The notes beneath the pieces are model-generated. The model was not told the origin of the DNA and made no database searches. It saw only the letters and a program-made list of their open reading frames with translations. This document shows, piece after piece, positions 8,603-17,839 of a DNA stretch of 64,000 nucleotides (positions are counted from its first letter, which is position 1; the number at the start of each line of letters is the position of its first letter). A program made the position numbers and the translations under genes. The DNA comes from Patescibacteria group bacterium (GTDB lineage: Bacteria; Patescibacteriota; Microgenomatia; UBA8517): the NCBI GenBank assembly GCA_022868165.1, contig JALHYA010000002.1:1478-65477 (forward strand). Direction: 5' to 3'.

Positions 8603-8970
8603 CCTCTCCTAAACTCTCTAAATCCCATAAAGTGTTGTTATTATGGGCAACCTTTTTTATTCTAGGTATAACTGCCGCCCTTTTAAAAAGTGCTCTTCCG
8701 TTCGTTATATTCATACTTATATGTTATTTGTTATTGATATATGACCACCATAAGGAAACAGGAAAGTGGCTGCTCGTTTCATGGCTAGGGGAACTTTTTA
8801 TTAAGCCACATAATCAGAAGACCAGCAGCAATAACACCAAGAAAAAGATAGATAAAAAAATCACCCCATTTGAGCACAATCGACAGAACAGCTCCGACAA
8901 CCCCAATTCCCATAGCTACACGAACCCATTCATTAAAGGTCATTCCACACCCCCAAAGGATAAATTATGA
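8599..8970 (+). CDS. Membrane protein; 3' half overlaps an antisense ORF
   Basis: GGAGG RBS, two hydrophobic segments in the first 50 aa. Confidence 0.4.
   Translation: MTSPKLSKSHKVLLLWATFFILGITAALLKSALPFVIFILICYLLLIYDHHKETGKWLLVSWLGELFIKPHNQKTSSNNTKKKIDKKITPFEHNRQNSSDNPNSHSYTNPFIKGHSTPPKDKL
8785..8943 (-). CDS. Small two-TM membrane protein (52 aa)
   Basis: MTFNEWVRVAMGIGVVGAVLSIVLKWGDFFIYLFLGVIAAGLLIMWLNKKFP; GGGGTG RBS. Confidence 0.5.
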   Translation of the reverse strand: MTFNEWVRVAMGIGVVGAVLSIVLKWGDFFIYLFLGVIAAGLLIMWLNKKFP

Positions 8971-8978
8971 CTTTTATA

Positions 8979-9143
8979 TTAACGTCTAAAAGGTCTTTGT
9001 TTCATGCGTATGGGGTTAAAAAAGCTATGTCCACAGTTATGGCATTTGAAACGTCCAATCAAGTGATACCATTTTTGCCTGTGGAATCTAGCGTGTCCAC
9101 ATTTCGGGCAAGCAAACTTGATAGGAGTATACAACCTTGGCAT
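8979..9143 (-). CDS. Small zinc-ribbon protein (54 aa)
   Basis: MPRLYTPIKFACPKCGH...RFKCHNCGHSF; GGGGTGG RBS. Confidence 0.7.
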   Translation of the reverse strand: MPRLYTPIKFACPKCGHARFHRQKWYHLIGRFKCHNCGHSFFNPIRMKQRPFRR

Positions 9144-9205
9144 CTTCCACCCCCTGTATACGAACTTGGTTGTTATTCTAACATACGAGAGTGTAGAATA
9201 AAACC

Positions 9206-9616
9206 ATGCGAAGGCGTAATGTTCTGCTCATTTTCAATGAGTTCGTTGTTGAACCAATTCTTTTGGCTTTTGGGATATTTATTATATTTCCGCATTTTCA
9301 AACTGTTTATAACAATACGATGCCATATAAGATACATATCAAGGACACTCCAACATTTATCAATGGTATGTGGAAGGATATGAATATGTATCCAACTCCG
9401 TACATAATTTTCGGCATTATATTTGTGATTTGGGTTTCGCTGAAAGCATACCGATTTTGGAGTGACCGAAAAACAGAAAATGAACTCAAAAAATCTATTG
9501 ATGAATTGCCCCAAAATATTGCCGAAGCATTAAAAATAGATGAGTTGCCCAGAAAGATTGCAGAGGCATTGAAACCATCTAGTGATATATCAAAAAGAGG
9601 CAAGGATAATGTCTGA
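9206..9616 (+). CDS. Membrane protein, possible passenger of the IS6-like element
   Basis: Two TM segments; duplicated IDELP(Q/R)xIAEALK; overlaps the transposase start. Confidence 0.55.
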   Translation: MRRRNVLLIFNEFVVEPILLAFGIFIIFPHFQTVYNNTMPYKIHIKDTPTFINGMWKDMNMYPTPYIIFGIIFVIWVSLKAYRFWSDRKTENELKKSIDELPQNIAEALKIDELPRKIAEALKPSSDISKRGKDNV

Positions 9617-10637
9617 CGAGATAATCTGTAAATACTGCAACTCTGTAAATACCATTAAATTTGGTACTCATACAGATATAGACGGCAACGATATACAGCG
9701 TTACTTTTGTAAAGATTGCAATCGTAAATTTACTGGTTTGGATACGCTGGAAAAGATGCAAACGCCTATCCCTGTTATAGGAGCAGCATTGAATATGTAC
9801 TACAGTGGCATGTCTCTAGATAACATACAGATGCAGATAAAACAGGATTATGGCTTGGATTTATCCCAGATGGGTATCTATGATTGGATTATTCGATTCA
9901 CCAAAGATACTGTGCAGCGTACGCAAAATTTGAAGCTTAAAGTAGGCAACATCTGGATAGCGGACGAAACCGAGCTTGACGTGAGTGGGCAGAAGGCTTG
10001 GTTTTGGGACATCATAGACCGAGATAGCCGTTACTTGCTTGCTTCGTATTTATCGTTCTCTCGTGAAACAGAAGATGCTCAGATATTGATAGAACAAGCG
10101 ATAAAACGAGCGGGCAAGATACCCAATACCATCATTACGGACAAACTCAGTACCTATGTTGACGGCATTGATATTGCCACGCATGGCAAAACTATGCACA
10201 TACAGAGTACGCCATTTACGGGAACTAACAGCACGAACATAATTGAGAGATTTCATGGGACGTTAAAAGACCGCACGAAGGTACTCAGGGGATTCAAAGA
10301 CCTTGCCACAGCACAACTGATTACTAACGGCTTTCTGGTGCATTACAACTTCATACGTCCTCACGAATCCTTAGAAAACGAGACACCAATAGAGCATATG
10401 AAAGTAGCTACGCCGTTTCATACATGGGCAGAAGCAATCCGAACCTCAGAGATAAAGAGCGATTACTATACCGTTAAAGCAATCCGCTTTGTACCGATAG
10501 GAATACCAAGAACACCAAAACAAGAGAGGCGTGTGTATTTACGTAAAGCAGCACGAAGACATAGGGCAAGAGAGATGGGAAGTACAGAGCCTACTATGAG
10601 ACTAATGCAACGAGGTAGGAAGAAGAAACAACCATGA
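9609..10637 (+). mobile_element. IS6-family (IS240-like) DDE transposase with N-terminal zinc ribbon
   Basis: CKYC...QRYFCKDC; WIADET, IITDK, NIIERFHGTLKDRTKVLRGFK. Confidence 0.85.
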
Positions 10638-10734
10638 TTATACGGAACCGTAAAGGATGGGCAACGAACTGTAGTATCCACCCATCCAGACCGAGTATGG
10701 TAGCCTAAGACTATCAGGCAAAGGAGAAGAGAAA

Positions 10735-11016
10735 ATGGAGGAGCAACTAAAACCCATAATTGAAAGCTACCAACATTTTATGAGAAATCATACAAAATAT
10801 AGCCGAAGCCCTAGTTTTAATATGGACAGGCATGGATTCCATTACATCCATGAATTTGATTTACCTGTTTATGACAATAATACTACTCAAAGGAGCCGCG
10901 ATGCTGTTTCTGGCTTTGTCAAAGGTTATGGCGCAAAATGCAATCACTATGTTTATTACCGAACGGTAGAGGCATGGAAATTGCCATACATATTTATTTG
11001 GAGAAAATTAGATTAA
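10735..11016 (+). CDS. Hypothetical protein
   Basis: AAGGAG RBS. Confidence 0.6.
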   Translation: MEEQLKPIIESYQHFMRNHTKYSRSPSFNMDRHGFHYIHEFDLPVYDNNTTQRSRDAVSGFVKGYGAKCNHYVYYRTVEAWKLPYIFIWRKLD

Positions 11017-11059
11017 ATCCAAACCCTCGGCATAGTCCGGGGTAGAAAGGACACCAAAG

Positions 11060-11347
11060 ATGATGGATAAACTACTACCGACAATAGCCGACATGCCGGA
11101 TGAGGAACGTGAGATAGTCAATTGCCTTCTCACAGACCTTGTTCACTTGGCAAGGGAAAGATTCATGAAGCAATTGGCGATATTCACCGATACGGAGATT
11201 CGCCTGGGGCTGATAACGCTGTGGGAACACAACCTTATAAAAGCCGATATGAACGGCGATTACATTCAATGGATGCTCTACAAGCCGAGCAATGATTCAT
11301 GGATAAGATTACCCGCATCAAAGGCTTATCTAGACCGGATTTCTTAG
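11060..11347 (+). CDS. Hypothetical protein
   Basis: AAAGGA RBS; last plus-strand gene before the convergent operon. Confidence 0.6.
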   Translation: MMDKLLPTIADMPDEEREIVNCLLTDLVHLARERFMKQLAIFTDTEIRLGLITLWEHNLIKADMNGDYIQWMLYKPSNDSWIRLPASKAYLDRIS

Positions 11348-11715
11348 TCCTTCCTAAAAATCGAACCTTCCTTGAGGAATGCCGCAACTCCAAGAATAAC
11401 GTAAGCCAGCCCTATGGGTATGGCTAGCCACAGAAGGTGCTTTTCTGTTGTATATGGCAAGTCTAAAAGCTTGGTATCTCTGATGCTATAGCGTAGTATG
11501 GTTGGCATAGGTTCATCCTTAGTAGCCCTTTCTTTCCATACTTCGTCAGGATATGCAATCATCAACTTTGAGGCCATAGAAGAGACAAGCGGTATTTTGC
11601 CATTATAATGCTTGAGGAAACCGATATAACTTCCCCCTATGCAGATAATCAAGCCACATAGAATAAAGAATATGGCAAAAATGTACCTGATTAATGTTCT
11701 GTTATTAGTTTTCAT
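11344..11715 (-). CDS. Two-TM membrane protein
   Basis: Hydrophobic segments at both termini. Confidence 0.6.
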   Translation of the reverse strand: MKTNNRTLIRYIFAIFFILCGLIICIGGSYIGFLKHYNGKIPLVSSMASKLMIAYPDEVWKERATKDEPMPTILRYSIRDTKLLDLPYTTEKHLLWLAIPIGLAYVILGVAAFLKEGSIFRKD

Positions 11716-11962
11716 GTTTCAATACCTTTCTTTTCTCTAAAATATACTTAACGTATAATCCTCCACAATATGCACCACAACAGCACAAAACAATGCAACA
11801 AGCAAGGAGAATTGATATGTGGAGAAAACGCCAATCTTTTTCTGGAAATAGGATGATTTTGAACACATGGTCGAAATCAATAAAAACACTGACAAACCCA
11901 CACAAAATCCCAGCAAAAAGTGCGTTCCCGACATCCATAGATTTCCTAATAACCTTGCCCAT
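11705..11962 (-). CDS. Small membrane protein, YdjM-like metal-dependent hydrolase motif
   Basis: VFIDFDH...RFLH with TM helices. Confidence 0.5.
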   Translation of the reverse strand: MGKVIRKSMDVGNALFAGILCGFVSVFIDFDHVFKIILFPEKDWRFLHISILLACCIVLCCCGAYCGGLYVKYILEKRKVLKHEN

Positions 11963-11968
11963 AATGCT

Positions 11969-12757
11969 TCATCTCCCATTTCGATTTAATAACCCTATCG
12001 CCCGGTATAGAAAAATTGTCCCCCAGCATACTTTCCATTGTGTTGGTCTTAGCCACCAATGAGAATATAACTTCTGCACTTCAAAAGCCTGCCTAGCTTC
12101 TGCCTTATGCTCTCGTTCGCTCAGCGAGCCACTGTGTGCTCTCCAGTTTGCTAGATATTTATTAACGAAATAAGGCTTACTAACCTTGCCGGCTCTTAGC
12201 CAGTATTCATAATCCATGACAAATCTTAGGTCAGGATTAAACCCTCCTATCTGCTTATAAAATTCCCTCCGCATAAATACCGTAGGTTGTACTATAAAGT
12301 CTACGCATTGCAAAACTGTATAACTGTACCGTGGTTGCAGAAACTCTTTAGACTTAGTAATGAAACCTCTGACCTCTCTACCTGTGCTATCTATTATCTC
12401 ACCTTTACCATATAGCCATTGTACCTTATGATGTCTCTTAAAACATTTAACTACATTCTCAAAACACTCGGTTCTGTACGTATCATCTGCACATATGTAA
12501 GCAACTATATCCCCAGTAGCTAATTGCATTCCTTTGTTAATAGCATCTGATTGCCCCATTGGTGAAGTATGTGCCCAAGTGAACTTACTGTTATACTTCT
12601 TATTATACTCCTCAAGTATTCTCTGTGTACCATCTTGAGAATTACTATCTACCACAATGACTTCAAAGTTTCGATAACTCTGGGAAAATATAGATTCTAG
12701 GGTATGCCTTAGAAACTTTACACTGTTCAGTGAAGGTATAACAATACTAATTTTCAT
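11969..12757 (-). CDS. Glycosyltransferase family 2 (WcaE-like)
   Basis: ISIVIPSLN, VVDSNSQDGT, YICADD, MDYEYWLR. Confidence 0.93.
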   Translation of the reverse strand: MKISIVIPSLNSVKFLRHTLESIFSQSYRNFEVIVVDSNSQDGTQRILEEYNKKYNSKFTWAHTSPMGQSDAINKGMQLATGDIVAYICADDTYRTECFENVVKCFKRHHKVQWLYGKGEIIDSTGREVRGFITKSKEFLQPRYSYTVLQCVDFIVQPTVFMRREFYKQIGGFNPDLRFVMDYEYWLRAGKVSKPYFVNKYLANWRAHSGSLSEREHKAEARQAFEVQKLYSHWWLRPTQWKVCWGTIFLYRAIGLLNRNGR

Positions 12758-13344
12758 ATCTTTAGCTCCATAACTTCCTGCCGACATCTATTTGCCGAAA
12801 TCTCGCAATACTTTTCCTCTATCTCAATTCCTATACATCGGCGATTTAACTTCTTGGCACAATAGGCTGTTGTACCTGAACCGAGAAAGGGGTCAAGGAT
12901 TAGGTCGTTAGGATTTGAATAATCGGCAATCAACTTCAATATAAGTTTCTGTGGTTTTTGTGAAGCGTGCCCCGTGTAAATGTCCCCCGTGTAACTAGCC
13001 GCCACTGTTGAATTTATAAGATAGGCTCGATACATTTTATAGATGCACTGTCCGTTCCGTTCAAATATCCTTTCATATTGCGATGCTGCCCCAACTTTCT
13101 TATCCCAAATATGAATTGCTGTGCAGTCGAGGGGAAAGTCAGCTTTTGCACTCCAAAATACCAGTTGTCTACAATTAAATTCTGCCAATTCGTTTATAGC
13201 TTCCGAATCTCCATATTCAGAGTGGTAATCGCTGTATGGCGGGTCAGTCAATACCAAGTCCACCTTAACGTCAAGTTGTGGCAGAATCTCACGGCAATCA
13301 CCATGATAGATTGTTACCCACTTGTCTTGATAATAAGGATTCAT
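12754..13344 (-). CDS. DNA N4-C/N6-A methyltransferase, beta class
   Basis: TDPPY and ILDPFLGSGTT. Confidence 0.92.
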   Translation of the reverse strand: MNPYYQDKWVTIYHGDCREILPQLDVKVDLVLTDPPYSDYHSEYGDSEAINELAEFNCRQLVFWSAKADFPLDCTAIHIWDKKVGAASQYERIFERNGQCIYKMYRAYLINSTVAASYTGDIYTGHASQKPQKLILKLIADYSNPNDLILDPFLGSGTTAYCAKKLNRRCIGIEIEEKYCEISANRCRQEVMELKI

Positions 13345-13487
13345 ATCTTCTTCCCTTTAGGAAAACACTTTTTCAGTAGTGGACATTTTTTGCCTATGCA
13401 GCATTCTCCCTGCCCTGACATTATGCACATTATTATACTCTCCGGCTTTACTTTTTTCATTTTCTTGATACCCCCTTTTTTATTCAT
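13341..13487 (-). CDS. Small Cys-rich basic protein
   Basis: ATGA-coupled on both sides; CIMSGQGECCIGKKCPLLKKCFP. Confidence 0.45.
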   Translation of the reverse strand: MNKKGGIKKMKKVKPESIIMCIMSGQGECCIGKKCPLLKKCFPKGKKI

Positions 13488-14374
13488 AGTTTCAAATTAA
13501 CCAGCCATTCTTTAATCTCATCTATGGGCAAAAGCTCACTATCCAAGTCGTCAGTAATAACATTTTCCGTAGGCAGAAAAAGTTTTTCGTGCATCCTTTC
13601 ATCTTTTCTTAATCCCACAGTTTCCACTTTCGTCATATTATTGCCGTAAACCTCTATCATCGCTTTTGCTAAATCGCCGAGCTTAATAAGTCTATGATGA
13701 TGTGGGATATATATTTTGCCATTCTCGCCTTGTTCAAGGATTTGTATAATGAAACTTGCTACCACATTGACATCGACAAAAAGCCGTGTCATCTCAGGGT
13801 TGGTTACCATCACTTTATTGTTCTGCTTTATTTGTTGCGCCCATTTCAATATTACACTGCCAGTCGAACCAAAAAAGTTACCGCTCCTAATTATCATATA
13901 CCTGCAACTTGAAACTATTTGTGCCTGTCCGAGAATTGCCCTCTCAAGAAGAAGTTTAGTAGCACCATAACATCCTATGGCTTCAACGGCCTTGTCACTT
14001 GACATCCCTATAAAGGTGGCACCCTTAAAATATTTTAGTAAGTCTAATGTAGCAGTAACATTTGTAGCAATAGCCTCCAGAGGATATTGCTCACAATAAT
14101 CAATGTGCTTCATGGCAGCCAAATGCACCACCGCATCGACCTCGTTTAACGCATACTTTAAGGTGTCAATATTCCGTATGTCGCCGATGATAGGATTCAC
14201 TCGTTTATCACCACCGCACAACAACATCAACATTGCCAATTCATTTTCTTGGCGGGAAATCACCTTGATTTTAATGTGACTGAACCTACCAAGTAATTCT
14301 TTTACCAAGTGCCTGCCTAAGAACCCAGCGCCACCCGTTATTAAACAGTCGCCAAATTCCCACTTAGCCATCAA
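13484..14374 (-). CDS. NDP-sugar 4,6-dehydratase (PseB/FlaA1/CapD-like)
   Basis: TGGAGFLG, HLAAMKHI, SSDKA, YGATK, GSTGSVI, MTRL. Confidence 0.9.
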   Translation of the reverse strand: MMAKWEFGDCLITGGAGFLGRHLVKELLGRFSHIKIKVISRQENELAMLMLLCGGDKRVNPIIGDIRNIDTLKYALNEVDAVVHLAAMKHIDYCEQYPLEAIATNVTATLDLLKYFKGATFIGMSSDKAVEAIGCYGATKLLLERAILGQAQIVSSCRYMIIRSGNFFGSTGSVILKWAQQIKQNNKVMVTNPEMTRLFVDVNVVASFIIQILEQGENGKIYIPHHHRLIKLGDLAKAMIEVYGNNMTKVETVGLRKDERMHEKLFLPTENVITDDLDSELLPIDEIKEWLVNLKL

Positions 14375-15044
14375 TTTTTAACCTCCAGTATATCGTTTTC
14401 CAGGCTAGTATTATTCCCTGTTTGACAGGGTTTAGGACGCTGTTCCTTCGCCTGTCTTTGTGGTATACACAGGATACCGGCACTTCTATTATTCTCGCAC
14501 CCGCTTTCCTAGCTTTCATAAGCATCTCCGTCGAAAAACCAAAGCCGTCTTCTGTAATTTCGATGTTCTGTACGACCTCTTTTTTGAAAGCCCTGAAACA
14601 ACATAGGCTATCGGAAACCTTTTGTTTTGAGCCGATGTTGTAGAGCCATGTGATTACATCTATTCCGAATTTACGGTATCTAGGCATGGAGTCATCTATA
14701 ATATTAAGAAACCTTGAGCCTATGGCCATATCAGCATGGCTGTTTTCCATCTGTTCCAGTAACCACGAAATGCCTTCAGGAATATGTTGCCCGTCGCCAT
14801 CCAGCGTAACAACAATATCGTAGTCGTGGCTAACTGCATTCAGTCCTAGCCTAGTGGCTGCACCTGCACCCTGTATAGGTTGTTTAAATATCAAAGCACC
14901 AGCTTCTTTCGCTATCCGTGCGGTTTCATCTATAGAGTTATTGTCCACTACTACCACAGTGTCTACATACTTTTTGGTAGACTCGACTATATCACCTATG
15001 GTGCTTGCTACATTGTATGCCGGTATAACTGCTGCTATTTCCAT
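14364..15044 (-). CDS. GT2, polyprenol-phosphate glycosyltransferase (DPM1-like)
   Basis: VIPAYN, TLDGDGQH, IGSRF, DSLCCFRAF, FGFSTEML. Confidence 0.9.
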   Translation of the reverse strand: MEIAAVIPAYNVASTIGDIVESTKKYVDTVVVVDNNSIDETARIAKEAGALIFKQPIQGAGAATRLGLNAVSHDYDIVVTLDGDGQHIPEGISWLLEQMENSHADMAIGSRFLNIIDDSMPRYRKFGIDVITWLYNIGSKQKVSDSLCCFRAFKKEVVQNIEITEDGFGFSTEMLMKARKAGARIIEVPVSCVYHKDRRRNSVLNPVKQGIILAWKTIYWRLKIDG

Positions 15045-15062
15045 TTCTTTGATACCTTCTTT

Positions 15063-15758
15063 CTATTTCAATGGAACCAGTTCTAATAAAGCTATGCTCT
15101 CTTCGCCACTTTTATTATCGACCAAAGCGGCTGTTTCTTCAGGCACAGCTTCCCAATATCCTTCATGGTTACGGACATAATAAATCTCCTCCTTGATTTT
15201 CCAGTTAAGAAATAATTGGCTTAGCCAGAATTTATCATAAACCTTATGCAGCGAGCCAACAATTCTCCGTCGGCCATAGGGTACAGTGACTAAAAAGGTG
15301 CCATTAGGACGGAGGATTCTCTTTATCTGAGCCACGGCTTTAATATCACCATCAGGATCGTCCGATGTAATGCCCCATCTGCCGCCCAAACCTATGTGCT
15401 CTAATGTAGAAAGAGCACAAACAACATCAAAGAAATTATCAGGACAGTGGGTATTCGTAATGTCTTCTAAAACGAAGTGAAAGTTTGGAAACCTGAGTTT
15501 GAATTCTCTGACATCTATACCGTATACTTCCCACCCTATCGAAGCCAAACTAGCTGGAAGGAAGTTTTGCCGGGCACTACAACCGACATCAAGTACCCTG
15601 CCCTTTTTCATTGAGTTCAACTTCCCAATTACAAAGGAATACTCAAAGATGCGAGCGTCAGGAGAAGCAGTTTCGCCCGATGCCTCTAAATCAACAAGGC
15701 GATAAGCGAACCTTACTAAGCTTGGTGATAATTTGAACTTAGGAAATAGTTTAATCAT
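15063..15758 (-). CDS. Class I SAM-dependent methyltransferase (DUF268-like)
   Basis: VLDVGC, LSTLEHIGLGGRWG...DPDGD. Confidence 0.85.
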   Translation of the reverse strand: MIKLFPKFKLSPSLVRFAYRLVDLEASGETASPDARIFEYSFVIGKLNSMKKGRVLDVGCSARQNFLPASLASIGWEVYGIDVREFKLRFPNFHFVLEDITNTHCPDNFFDVVCALSTLEHIGLGGRWGITSDDPDGDIKAVAQIKRILRPNGTFLVTVPYGRRRIVGSLHKVYDKFWLSQLFLNWKIKEEIYYVRNHEGYWEAVPEETAALVDNKSGEESIALLELVPLK

Positions 15759-15777
15759 AAATTCCTGCCTTCCAATT

Positions 15778-16875
15778 TTAATTATTTCTAAAGTAGCTTC
15801 TAATGCAATCGCAAACTCTTTCTATATCCTCATTGGTGAGAAAAGATGAAGATGGCAACCATAACCCCCGCTGCGAAATAGATTCTGAATTCCTGAAGTC
15901 TCCCTTGATATAGGAATAAGGCGGCTGGGTATGGATTGCCGGATAAAATGGCCGAACGCCTATGTCTTTTTCATCCAAGAATTTAGCTAAGTTATTTCTT
16001 GTTTCAGCCTCGTTGGCTAGAATGTCAATAAACCAAGGAACACAATCTTCTAGGTTGGTATCTATGAATTCTATTCGCTCGATGTTTTGTAACCGGTCAT
16101 AGTAAAGCGTATATATTTCTTTTTTCTTCTTCACCCGCCAATCGAGTTTTTTCATCTGCTCAAATCCAATTACTGCCTGAAGGTCGGTAAATTTGGCATT
16201 AAGCCCCATCGTTTCATGGTAATCTAGCCCCGCCTTAGGTCTGCCGAAGTCTTTTATCTTAGACACTCTACTGAATAGTTCCTCATCATCAGTAACTAAG
16301 GCACCGCCTTGACCGGTAGTAATGATTTTAGGAACGCTGAAAGAGAAACTTCCAAATCTCCCAAAGGTGCCCAGATGCTTACCTTTGTACCTTGACCCCA
16401 AAGATTGAGCCGCATCCTCAATCAAACATAGATTGTATTTGTTGGCTAGTGCTACAACTTTTTCCATATCAGGACAACGACCATTGATACTGACAAACAT
16501 TATAGCTCTGGTTTTAGACGTAATCGCTTCTATTGCCAATTCCAAGTCAAGGCATAGGTTCAAAGGGTCTATATCTACTAGGATAGGCTTGGCTCCGGCA
16601 ATAACAACAGCATTGGCTGAGGCTATCATAGTGTAGTCGGGAACAATGACCTCATCTTCCTTCCCAACGTCTAAGGCCATAAGGGCAATGACTAGGCTTA
16701 TCGTGCCGTTGCTGACCACCGAGGCGTACCTGCTGCCAACGTAATTGGCAATCGATTGTTCAAACTCTCTTGTTTTCTTGTGTTCGGTGAGCCACCCGCC
16801 ACTGTCAAGATATTCAGCCATCGCCTCTTTTTCCTCTTTGCCTATCCAGGGTTCTATTTGATTGATTCTCTTCAT
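15778..16875 (-). CDS. DegT/DnrJ/EryC1/StrS sugar aminotransferase (perosamine synthase-like)
   Basis: SNGT, IEDAAQSLG, SFSVPKIITTGQGG, LWLPS. Confidence 0.93.
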   Translation of the reverse strand: MKRINQIEPWIGKEEKEAMAEYLDSGGWLTEHKKTREFEQSIANYVGSRYASVVSNGTISLVIALMALDVGKEDEVIVPDYTMIASANAVVIAGAKPILVDIDPLNLCLDLELAIEAITSKTRAIMFVSINGRCPDMEKVVALANKYNLCLIEDAAQSLGSRYKGKHLGTFGRFGSFSFSVPKIITTGQGGALVTDDEELFSRVSKIKDFGRPKAGLDYHETMGLNAKFTDLQAVIGFEQMKKLDWRVKKKKEIYTLYYDRLQNIERIEFIDTNLEDCVPWFIDILANEAETRNNLAKFLDEKDIGVRPFYPAIHTQPPYSYIKGDFRNSESISQRGLWLPSSSFLTNEDIERVCDCIRSYFRNN

Positions 16876-17399
16876 ATTTCCCCTTCAAAGTCTTTTTTTG
16901 ATAAAATTGGTGGCACTGTAACCCAGTTTATGCCAAACTTTGGGTCGTCATACCTAAAAGTCTTTTCCCTATTTGGGTCATAATACTCTGACATCATATA
17001 ATGGAATATGGCCACATCGCTTAATACCTGATAACTATTGCCATGCTTCGGTGGCACCAAAACTTGGTTGTGATTATCGCCTGACAATATAAAACCTTCC
17101 CACTTTCCACTTTTAGGCTCTACTACTACTTGATATACCTTGCCATAGAGACAGGTACATAACTTCCACCGCTTTGAATCCCAATGTATGCCACGAAGAA
17201 CACCTCTGGCACTGGTAGTGACAACTATTTCTTTCCACCTAACATTAATAAAGGTTTCATCTCGCAATAACACAGCAGAACTTAATCTTTTATGGTATTC
17301 AGCGTTATCCCAAATACCTATTACATTACCCCTATAATCTTCAAATGATTCAAGTTTTATCAGGTAAACACTATTTAGGGTTGTTTCTAACACTTTCAT
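16872..17399 (-). CDS. rfbC: dTDP-4-dehydrorhamnose 3,5-epimerase-like
   Basis: FEDYRG, GVLRGIH, RYDDP.FGINW, ILSKKD. Confidence 0.85.
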   Translation of the reverse strand: MKVLETTLNSVYLIKLESFEDYRGNVIGIWDNAEYHKRLSSAVLLRDETFINVRWKEIVVTTSARGVLRGIHWDSKRWKLCTCLYGKVYQVVVEPKSGKWEGFILSGDNHNQVLVPPKHGNSYQVLSDVAIFHYMMSEYYDPNREKTFRYDDPKFGINWVTVPPILSKKDFEGEI

Positions 17400-17406
17400 T
17401 TTAATT

Positions 17407-17820
17407 TCAGATTCTTTCTCTGTCTCTCTCGGCTCCGGGATACGGGCCGTTCTTCACTTCCAATACTTTTGTGTTATCCTCCAATATCTCGTACCCATGC
17501 CCACCATTGAGAAGTATTATAGTGTCTCCCTTCCTCAAATTAACCGACTTCAAGAATTCCTTTTTCTCTGTGTAGATATCAGCCCTGACTTGCCCATCTT
17601 TTATGAAAATAACCTCCTGGGTGCGTAGCACTTGGCGAGGTTGAATTGAATGGATATGGGGAGCTAATTTTTGCCCTTTAGAATACTCCCATGTACCTAC
17701 TTGTTGATAATCCTCTTTAGAAGATACAAAACTTAGAATATTCCCACCCCCTTTCCAATCGGCATCCCTGATTATAATTGCTAAAGTTAAATCTCCATCC
17801 GTTATTTCTTCTGTTTTCAT
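17407..17820 (-). CDS. Cupin-fold sugar-modifying protein
   Basis: PHIH, TQEV, GGHGYE, EVKNGPY. Confidence 0.75.
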   Translation of the reverse strand: MKTEEITDGDLTLAIIIRDADWKGGGNILSFVSSKEDYQQVGTWEYSKGQKLAPHIHSIQPRQVLRTQEVIFIKDGQVRADIYTEKKEFLKSVNLRKGDTIILLNGGHGYEILEDNTKVLEVKNGPYPGAERDRERI

Positions 17821-17839
17821 GTAGTTACCTCACTTGAAA

